Shown here: in pieces, positions 53,830 to 64,000 of the stretch | Layout of the letters: each line of letters begins with the position of its first letter | How positions within the stretch are numbered: the first letter of the stretch is position 1 | Source of the DNA: Hormiphora californensis | Lineage: Eukaryota; Animalia; Ctenophora | Direction: 5' to 3' | Length of the DNA stretch: 64,000 nt | Assembly (NCBI GenBank): GCA_020137815.1 | Contig: CM035354.1 | Span: 7,998,001-8,062,000, forward strand | Notes under the pieces: generated by a model | Told to the model about the DNA's origin: nothing | Databases searched by the model: none | Seen by the model: the letters and a program-made list of their open reading frames with translations, nothing else | Program-made: the position numbers and the translations under genes

Positions 53830-55890
53830 AGGGCCAGCGTTAAAATCTGGGTGTTTCGTGAATGCTGACAAACAGTTTTTCAGGGTGAGGGCTAAATTAG
53901 GGTTAGGGCTGGTGTTTGGGTTGGGGTAAGGCCTTGACAATTGACATTTCCTACCACATAAACTTTGAATTAGCCAAAACGGTTGAGTGGTTTGGCGGTT
54001 AGAGCCATTTTAGTGAATCAACTTTTTTGGCAGCGCACACCTGTAAACAGGCCACCAAAATAAAATCAAATCAAATCAAAATTTACACAATCTAAACGTG
54101 TGCGGATTTCCCAGCGAGTGGGTCCTCCTTGTCAAGTCTTAACTCATAATATTAAAATCGAATCGCCCCGTCGTGTGGTCAGTCATCAGCAGCAGCTAAA
54201 ACAGCAAAATCACACACAGCTAAGATTTCACCGCCTGACTTTACACAGCGACAAATACTGAACTTTTTTAGGGATCCCTATTCAAAAATTACTTTTTATA
54301 CACTGCTGACTGCACAGCAACTGAAATCCGGGGTCCGGGCGCCGTTACGATCTGGGTGCTTGGTGGGCGCCGTTACGATCTGGGTGTTTGGAGGCCTGTT
54401 TACAGGTGCGCACTGCCAAAAAAGTTGATTCACTAAAATGGCTCTAACCGCCAAACCACTCAACCGTTTTGACTGATTCAAAGTTTATCTGGTAGGGAAT
54501 GTCAAGGCCTAACCCCAACCCAACCCCCAACCCTAACCAACCCTACTTTAGACCCTAACCCTAAAAAACCGTTAGTCTCACTTCCCAAAACACCCAGATT
54601 TTAACGCTGCTCCATTGACCCGCGCCCGTTACGATCTGGGTGTTTGGAGGCCTGTTTACAGGTGCGCGCTGCAAAAAGTTGATTCACTAAAATGTGTTCT
54701 AACCACCACACCATCAACGTTTTTGGCTGATTCAAAGTTTTATCTGTAGGGAATGTCAAGGCCTAACCCCAACCCAACCAAACCCCAACCCTAACCCTAA
54801 CCCTAACCCTACTTTAGCCCTAACCCTAAAAAACCGTTGTCAGCACTCCCAAAACACACGATTTTAACGCTGGCCAAAACCGACACACGGGCGCGATTAT
54901 AATCTGGGTGCCTTGCAGCCTGTGTTTACAGGTGCGCGCTACCAAAAGAGTACTCTTAGACCGACTTTTTCAAACGGCTAGAGCCCTGGAACCACATGGC
55001 CGATTTGAGTAAACTAAACGGTATCATTGAAATCGATAGCCCTAACGATAACCCCAACCAACCTAACCAGACCCTAACGGATAGCCCTAACCCGTCGCGC
55101 GCGCCAAAACTACGAATTGTTAGCAATGAAAGGCACCCAGATTTTAACGTTTTCCCGCGACACCCAAAACGCGAACGTTCTTTTTATTTTATTTTATTTT
55201 ATTTTTTGTTCCCGCGATTTTATAAGACCGCGCCGCGCACCGGTGTACCTTGTTACGCGCAAAAACTATAATTCATGCCGCGCATATGCGCGCACCGTTT
55301 TACCTAGTTTAAAAATTAAAATGCCGGCCCAGCTTGTTGACTTTTTTTTCCTAAACTGAACAGGAAAACGTTTTGGAATGCGCTGCAGCCCCCTCATGCG
55401 CTGCAGCCCCCTCATATTATAAGGGGCCTGCAACGTATGCCAAGAAAACGTTAAAATCTGGGTGCCTTCCATTGCTAACAATTCATCGTTTTGGGTCGAG
55501 CGGTTTAGGGCTGTTCGTTAGGGTCGGGTTAGGGTTTTGTTGTGGTTATCGTTTAGGGCTATCGATTCTCTATCGTACCGTTTAGTTTACTCAAATGGCC
55601 ATGTGGTTGGCGGCTATAGCCGTTTGAAAAAAGTCGGTCTTTAAGTTACTTTTTTGGCAGCGCGCACCTGTAAACACGCTGCAAGGCACCCAGATTATAA
55701 TCGCGCCCAACTGAACATTTTTGATTTTCGGGAAACGTTAAATCCGGGTGTTTTGTATCGCAGCACTCACGGTTTTTAGGGTTTGGGCTAAGTGCTAACT
55801 TAGGGTTAGGGCTGGGTTGGGTTTAGGGCCTGAGATTTCTTATCAGATAAACTTTAAATTAGCCGAAGCCCAAAACGATTGAGTGGTTTA
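53830..55890. mobile_element. Second cluster of (CCCTAA)n-containing elements, including an inverted pair at 54890-55150 / 55450-55710
   Basis: Same units as at 39.8-41.0 kb, at 53832(-), 54338(+), 54625(+), 54890(+), 55450(-) and 55735(-). Confidence 0.7.
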
Positions 55891-56085
55891 GTGGTTTGGT
55901 CTTTGGAGGTTAGAGCAGGAAGTCTACTGTAGTCCCTTTCAAATGAAGTCCCTACTGTAGTCCCTTTCAAATGAATGAATTTTTTTTTTTTTTTAACTGC
56001 TCTTGAAGGCCAACTGTGAACCCGTAAGACCTCTACATGACATTCCCCCTTTTTAGGCACATGAGCCCTCCCCTGGGAGGTGGCA

Positions 56086-57880
56086 ATGTCCAGTACACAA
56101 GACGAGTTTGTTCCTTACAAACCGCACGCTGTCATCATCACTAAGGGACCGCAGGGATTCGGTTTCAATGTTCGGGGTCAAATTGATGAAGGAGGGCAGC
56201 TGAGATCTATAAATGGTAGTCTGTATGCCCCTCTACACACATCAGTAATGTTGTAGAGGAGGCCCTGCTGATGAGGCAGGCGTTCTTACTGGAGACAGGT
56301 AATTAAACTAATTAAGAAGTAGCTACTCAAACTAGAATAGAATCCCCTCTACACATCTCTAATTTCGTTAAATTTCAGGATTCTGGAGGTGAACGGGAAG
56401 AAGTGTGAGGGAGAATCCCATTCTAGTGTGATTGAGCTGATCAAATCCAACATGGATGTTCTCAAGATGGTCCTCCTCTCAGTCCCCGCCAAGGAAAATG
56501 ATCGTCTGGACGGGGAGGCTGTATCCTACACTAGCGATGAGGAATTTGAGCACAGATCCATTGAAATCAGTATCCCTAGTGTATCACAGAGGGAGGAGTC
56601 AGGGAAGAGTGTTTCCTATTACAATGTCTATCTGACGGCGCCTTCCTATGTCCCACAGATATAACGAGTTTCATAGGCTCATGTGATTTAAAAAACAAAT
56701 TCCCATACATTGTATTCCCCCGATTTCCGGGAAAATGGCCCCTGAAACTCAGTCAGGCCCAGCTTGACAAGAGACATCAGGAGTTAGAGCACTGGTTGAA
56801 GCAGGTATGCAGTGTTACACAGCTCTTTGATCACTTCTACGTGCAGGATTTCTGGGTCTGGGGAAAAAGAGAGAGGAACGTGTTGATTCAGCCCCTGATA
56901 ACGCAGATATCAAGGTATTGCTTCCTAACAACACCAGTCTGTGTGTCAACATTCCAACAGAGGCATATGTGAAGGAACTAATCGAGGCAGTGTGCACTAA
57001 ACTCAACATATCTCTCGACTTTGTACCTCATTTCACTATTTTCAAGCGATATGATGGCGACGAGCTTCCTGTTCCTTGTCTGCCTTCTGAGAAGCCAAAT
57101 AACCTCTTGGTTAACAACCACAACGAGCGAAACAAACTGAAATTATCATTCCGTAAACTGCTCCTGAGCCCTGAGGTTGAGGAAGGTATGTTAGGGGACA
57201 CAGCTGCCTGGAGAATATTGTACAACCAGGCTGTGTCTGATTATACCACGGGCTATTTGATAGTACGGGGAAAGAAATCGAACTAAACAGAACAAACTCA
57301 TGTCACAACTCAGGCTGACTTTGTGCGGGTAGCCCAGAGTTGTCCCGGGTATAACGGTGTTGAGTTCCCTCACTGTGCGTGTGACAGTAGAAAGGATGGT
57401 CACGTGATATTGTGTGTGATCAGCAAATCTTGCAGTAAAATGACTGGTGGGCGGACTTTGGTTAATCTCGCAAAGAGGAATACTATGGTAAGGACAAGCT
57501 TGAGCTTTTGATGAGCTCGGAAACACCGGTCACGTGGGAGGGCGCAAGCAAGTCTTCGCGGGGATGAGGTTAATTGTATCCGGACCAGGCTAATTAGTTA
57601 GAGCATCACGTGATATCTAGAAAAATGGGTATTTAGACAGGGTTCCTGGGCGAGGTTGGGGTCAGTCCGTGAGTTCTCTGTTTTATGAGACTGGAACTGG
57701 ACCTTATATCAGCTTGTAGAACATACGGTCTTATCGCAGTGTTGGAAGGGCCACACTGAGAGTACGTAATACTCGTGCCTAAGTTTAGGGAACTTTCCTC
57801 TTCAGCTTACTTATCGGTTCACTTGGAACATGCCTACTATTTGACCAGGATTGAGTTGTGTTGGGCACGACTCACCTGAG
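56086..57880 (+). CDS. SNX27: Sorting nexin-27 (PDZ-PX-FERM); frameshifts likely from sequencing errors; 3' end approximate
   Basis: PDZ: [38 protein letters not shown]-like: YYNVYL..FPGKWP. FERM-like: [21 protein letters not shown]. There is an intron at 56299-56378. Confidence 0.88.
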
Positions 57881-60800
57881 GGACTTTAACTAGGCCGAGA
57901 TGAATCACTCGGAGCATTATAGTTGCTTTATTCTACATTGCTACCAGCTACAGTGCTGGAGGTTGACGGGTCCTAACGTGGTATAGGAGAGATTGAGAAG
58001 AGATATGAGCGAGTGGGATCTTTATACATATGAGTGCTATGAGTGAGGCGTGAGCGCATAGCTGTATCTAACATGGGTGCAAAGTGTGTGCCTTTTATGT
58101 TGTATGATTGATGATTACCATTTAGGGCTGGTATTTCCCGCCTTTGCACCATGAGCTTTGAGTTTCTATTTGACTCGGATAAACGGTATAAATCTGGTCT
58201 ATTCATTTCCCCATCCCATTTCATTAGATATGTGATTGGAGCAAGATAAGTAGTATCTTCGCTCCGTAGGTGAGTGAAGTGCATGTTGCATCACTGAGGA
58301 ACAGGTTGCACATAGATGGCTTTTTACAGTCCGGGCCTGAGCTTTACCCACTTACAATTTGGTCCGACGAACCAGATGATTGATCAGAAGTCAGGGATGG
58401 GTCGAAAATTAAGAGCATATTGAAAGTATTTTACTGGAGACACAGTACATAGAGCAGGCCTCGTAACTTTGGTGATAGTAGATGAAAATAACGCTCAGCA
58501 TAGTGCCTTGGGACATTTATAGAGCTACCAGGATACAGCTAATTAGTGAGAAGGTGTATATCAAAAGAGATGCAAGAGCTGAGTAGAGCTGAGTAGAGCT
58601 GTTTATAACGGACAAGTTTGAATGATTCGTGGAGTTTTGATTTTGCCCAGGTTGCGATAATTATGACGTGGCAATTATTTTGTGATATTTTACACGACGA
58701 ACGTGATACAATTTGTATTGCATTTTGGGTGAACAATCTATTAACATTGTTTGTACGGAGAGTGGTGGCTTTTTATTGAAATGTAGTATAATTGGGTGCT
58801 TGTTTAAATATTATTCACGCTTGTTTATTGAGCTAATATGACGTGTTTTAGTCATGGTTAAAAATAGAGGTAAAATTCCCACTTGATATATGCACACAAA
58901 GGTGTAGCGTATTCACTCAATCATTCATAAAATATGATAGGGAGCAATTTAATGTACCTTGACAGAATGGGAAATTAAATGGCTGTGAAAATTGGACTTA
59001 ATTAATATGTTAATGGGCCTAGCTATCGTGGCATGCTTAGCTTTTTATAATTCCCTATCAGTCCTTTATTTGGCAATTTGGTGTTTGACGCGGTATGCGT
59101 GTATTTCAAGTTTTGTTTATGTGACGGCTATAATTGCAAACGGGAATAAACGAAAATTAAACCGTCCAATTTTATAAGAAAAAATACACTGTATTCATCA
59201 TCATTATGAAATCACAGTTTACGAACCATGGGGGGTTCTGGTGATATTGGAGAGATATATCTACCTCACTCCAAAATTAAAACTCATTGAGGTTAGTGTC
59301 ACCACAATTGTGTGTGAGGCAGTGATCAACATACTAATGGCAGGCTTGTGTGGGAATTGTATTGTGGGGTGGATTCATAGTTGTGGGAATTTTGGCATCT
59401 TTGTGGTGGGCTTGGGGGTGCCTGCTTAGTTCGAAGTTATTTTCACTTACTTATTCAAGGTTTTGTTCGCGTTCACAGGTCAGCGGCATGGCAATATGTT
59501 TCGCCTTATTTGTGGCTTGTATAGAGTCTATTAGAGTAAGGAGGCATAACTAACAACCAGGGGAGGTGAGGTTCCTTTTCAGGTCATGAACTTTGGCTCG
59601 CGAACTGCTTTATTTTTGGATGTTATTGGAGGGTAGTGGAGGGATCACACGGAGGAATGGCCAAGGTCGACAGCGCTACATTTCCTGGATCGTCTGAGGA
59701 ATTCATCTTTCTTTCTCTGGAATTATGTGCAGAGGAATGGATCATTCTCTGAGGTAGTAGTAACCTAATTTACAGGAAATGCGCTCAATATTTTCAGAGA
59801 TTTATTTGGGAACCTATATGTGTTCTGATAGAAGTGTTCAAAAGAAGGCGTTCTGACGGAGGCGTTCTGAAGGAGCTGCATTGTATGCTACAAGGATAAG
59901 GAAGATGTTCTGTAGGAGGTGCAAGGATGGAGGAGAGATAGCACGGTGATACGAGTTGGATGTGATCTCGGATACTGGAGGATAACAAGTGGGACTGTGG
60001 GAGTGGGAGGTGCATTGCTGTTATATGTGGAACTGTTGATAAGCTGATTAGAGGGAGGGACATTCTTCAACTTGGAACAGACATTTTATGCGGGTATGAT
60101 GCGCAGTTCTCGGTAAGAATACAGCATGCAGTTTATGTTACTAGACAGTTTAATAAGAAGCTACGTTTTTAGGATCAATCGGCAGGTTTTGTAGGCTGTC
60201 TATTCACTCTATCATTCAGGGGGAGAATCATGTTTCAATAAATTGTATTTCATTTTTGATTATGTGGTAGTCGGGACACTATTTGCACGTACGAGTAGTT
60301 GCACAGGGGCTCAAGAGATGGGGGCCGGGCATGTGGGGTTCTGCATGTGTATACAATCGAAAATCTGTTGCATATTGAGGGCTTTATGGAAAGGGCCCGA
60401 TTTACAGAGTTTGTGAACTCTAAATTTCCAGTATGGGTTATCAAATGGCGAATATACGGAATTCGGGCGAAGGGGGTTTACAAATTGAACCAATAGAAGG
60501 GTGGATTTCAGCCTAGTTTGGGTGTAGGGCACAAGTATTTTGTATCATAGAGGCTGAATTCGACGTGCATTGGGGTCTTGCATGGTCACGGTTGGGTTGG
60601 AATTGGAAGAGTCGCATAAGACGAATGTTGTTACACTAGCCCTTAGCTCCAACCACACATTTATTTTCCTACTCTGAGTGCTAGTGCAGCTGTCGAGGTT
60701 GAGTTATTTGCATATCATGTCTGAGAAAACCGGATATTGGGTCATCAAGAGACGAGTTAGAGAATATGTCATGTGAGTAGGATGGAAACAATTTGGACTG

Positions 60801-61579
60801 CTCAACGTTCAGGGTATTTAGCTAATCATACTGATTTTAAAAGAACTTTTGAAGTCTTCAGTTTGGTAATGAGACAGTCGGGAAGAGTTGGACTTATAAT
60901 GTCCTCTTCTGCCTGTATTTTGAGAATGCTTAGGCTTATTTTAAAGAACTTTGGTTAGGATAAAAATAAGTTTTTATTTGTGAAAATTATATAGAGCTAG
61001 GATCGCCAGGGTGGATACTTAAATATAAATTAGTTATTTATTTGTGTTATTTACGGTAACACCACACGGGTATACAGTTCTCGATAATTTTGTAGGGAAA
61101 CATTAGTCAGCTTCGAATAGAACGAAATGGTAACATATGTTACAGCTGCAACTTAAATTGAGCTATTGAGCTAATAAGCTAGGCTAGAAAAGGATCTCAT
61201 TGAAACAAGTTATATTATGCAATAGGAGGAAGCATGCTTATATTTTGTCTTGAATTTGACAGTCTGTCTGACTGTCATAGCGACAAAGGGTCCACATTTA
61301 CAAATGGATCAGAATGTGGAGGAACCGCTTTTATACATAGGGTTTCATCATAATTATTGATAATTATTCAGGATACAATTAGGAAAATAAGTCTGCTTGG
61401 GTTGACAATTAGTGAATAATTATAATTCATACATTATTCAACTGTTCTTGGGTTTAGCTTAACTAATGAGCTAATAATTAAAGTAGGTGGCTAACCTGAT
61501 AGAGCTGGCAAGCTCCAATTTAATGTTGAGCAGAAAATACAGAGATATTAGATGTTGAGTGACACAGAGCGAGAGAGAA

Positions 61580-61780
61580 AGAGCTCCCGAGGAGGTAGAG
61601 CCAGAGAGAGATAGAGCTCCCGAGGAGGTGAGCCAGAGTGAGAAAGAGCTCCCGAGGAGGTAGAGCCAGAGTGAGATAGAGCTCCCGAGGAGGTAGAGCC
61701 AGAGTGAGAAAGAGCTCCCGAGGAGGTAGAGCCAGAGTGAGAAAGAGCTCCCGAGGAGGTAGAGCCAGAGTGTGAGAGCT
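61580..61780. repeat. 33-bp minisatellite, about 6 copies
   Basis: Unit GAGCTCCCGAGGAGGTAGAGCCAGAGTGAGAAA. Confidence 0.92.
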
Positions 61781-64000
61781 TATGCAATAGATGGCACGTA
61801 TTTCTCAGATCATGATCGACAGTCAGTTGGCAACATTAGATAAATGTGTGAGTGGTTAGTAGAGCTTGTGCATGGGCAAGGAAGTAGCAGGATTAGGATC
61901 GCTTTTAACATGGCACGAATAACGGGTGTTACACAATCCATCGCAGATTAAAATTGGCACTGACGATTGGGTTGGAAGTTGATTAGTGGGAGACCATTTG
62001 CGGACGGGAGGATGGCTTGGTAAATCTTGTTCAAAGCGAGCCAGAAAACATATATATAGGGGAGATACACTGGAATTAACACTGTCGAATGAGAATAAGA
62101 TTCTACAGTTACTTAATTCTTATTTTAGATGGACGGCTATGATTTGCAAAAGGCGTTTTTAGTGTTTCAAGCTGAGTGTAATTGTTGGGAACCAGAGGGC
62201 AGGTTAACTAGGTTTAGCTCATAAGAAAGTTGTTCAAGTAATTGGCTAAACCAAAGCTCTCTTTAGGGTAGAGTCTTGCTGTATTAAAATACCCAGAGAT
62301 CGACTGATGTGCCTTACAACCACGTTAGATGTCTAAGTTGTCTTACAAGCAACTTGGTATATTAGGTCTCAGGGTATAAAAAGGCAAACATTTGAATGAT
62401 TACAAGAAGTTGGGATTTACTGTTTGGGTAGAGGGTAAGCTTATAGACTTAGTTTGCTGATTGTATAATTAGAGGCACGGTGAGTTGGACGGAGTCAAGG
62501 GGAATAAATTCATGTATTGATATGTTTGTTTTGTTCAAATCATATGCAGAGCGCATGAAGATTGAAGATTGAGTCTAGCTAGGCAAATACTGAAGGGGTG
62601 GGGGAGATGGGGGTGTTTGACCTGTCGGGTTGGTCTTAAAGTTTTTGGCATTGATTGATTTTGAAAATGGTGTATTGTTTCATGGAAAGGGCGGTTTCCG
62701 GAGAGGGTGGGAGAAGCCAAAAGAAGAAGTAGGTCTCTCTGAAGAAGCAAGCTCATGAGTAGAAGTACTGGGGCGGGGGAGCAGAATATAAATTGGCACC
62801 AGCAAAAGCTTGAGGGGAATTATTTATTTGGGCGGAAAATTTAATGCTATAACATATTGCACTGGGATTTAAAACACGTAGTGATTGATATGCTTAGCCC
62901 AGTCCGATAAACACTGGGACGTGGGGCCGACAACAGTTGCAGTTATGTATAAATACATGGGGCATTATGTACGTTAAATTGTTTGTACCAGGGGAGGAGC
63001 TACGAACGGTTCTTTGATATTAACTATCGGCATAAAATTTGGGCATGATCTGTATACTGGGGGATGCAGCGGTTACAAGGGCCAGGGGGGTTGGTATACC
63101 CAATTGGATTGGTTTAGTTAATTAATGCAATTATCTAATGAGCACGTAGATAAATTATAAAGGAACGTGTAGGAATGTTAGTCAATCGCCAGGCTTCTTT
63201 AAGGGTCCTTATTGTCCCTAAATATAAGTAGGCCTAGAGCTGAGACGGTGTATAGTGGTGTTAACACATGTTATGGAAGGGTGCAAATACATTGATGAAG
63301 GTTTAGGAACCTTTATTCGGCCAAGAGGGTGTGGAACGGTCGAACGTTATAACGGGGGGAGGGGGATTTATATAACTATTTCCACCACTAGGATCGGGGA
63401 AGCTGAAGCCAGATGCTGGAGAATGTGTCTGTAATTGAAATGTAGCAGGCTTGTGTACTACAATGTATAACACACATCCGCATTCAGCTTTGAATGCCAT
63501 AAGTAGGGGGAGGGTGTTGAATACACACTGTGCAAGCCAGGGGGCATGTGATGGATAAACGAATGAGTTATAGACGGATACGGAGCGTCAAGCTTCGTAT
63601 ACCTGCATGAAGGTGGGCGGGATTGGGACGGATGGTTTGGGATTTAATTTAAACGTCATCCTCATTAAATTCAAGATGGCACACACACATTACAATATTA
63701 TGGTTGTAACGTGTAGTATAGCAACTACAAAAATGTATTCTTTCAACAATTCACTGCATATGACACATGCGTTTTTAAGTCACACATCTCTGGATTCAAG
63801 GGATTCTAGCACATACGAAAATTCATTAAGTTAAATTCGCATAATTTTTGAGTCTGCAGTAAATTTATTTAGAGGCCTCCAGGGAAGTATCTTTAGGGTT
63901 CTCAGCCTAGATAGTAACGAATCATAGGGCTAGAACGTCGTTAACCTAAAGTATACTTCTCTGATTGACTGATTGTTTCAAAGACCTGAAACAACTTGCT

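Noticed and set aside
58980-59760. Hydrophobic ORF fragments suggesting a membrane-protein gene
   Set aside because: The fragments are too broken to assign a family without a search.
59800-63900. Possible degenerate LINE endonuclease/RT remnants (DLQKAF-like motif near 62140)
   Set aside because: Only an isolated motif was seen, with no continuous frame; sequence quality is too poor to support a call.

Overview
This is eukaryotic, intron-containing, TE-rich animal DNA, most likely from a ctenophore or another early-branching marine invertebrate. That call is inferred from the LRR-less LDLa-7TM receptors, short introns and splice acceptors just before start codons. Left part: MAPKAPK2-like kinase (minus, runs off the left end), head-to-head with lysyl-tRNA synthetase (KARS). 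A ZIP/SLC39 zinc transporter starts only 148 bp after the KARS stop, and a CNDP2 dipeptidase follows on the minus strand. Middle: a tandem duplication (unit about 8.8 kb) of a ~1333-aa receptor with the unusual architecture signal peptide - Ig-like - SUEL/Gal-lectin-like - ShKT - further Cys/Ig-like modules - LDLa repeats - LGR/RXFP-type 7TM. A third, indel-riddled partial copy lies at 51-53 kb. Comparing the copies gives filled and empty sites for several intronic insertions: palindromic MITEs, a tRNA-derived element with an odd repeat layout, and two nested Crypton-like elements whose internal junction is the reverse complement of their joined ends. Also present are LINE fragments (one split by a 63-bp-repeat MITE, one inside a (GA)n tract), a Penelope-like RT/GIY-YIG element with a hammerhead-like motif, telomere-like-repeat elements, satellites and an SNX27 gene. 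41.9-43.7 kb is sequencing artefact, and sequence beyond about 46 kb looks unpolished and indel-rich. All exon models were read by eye.
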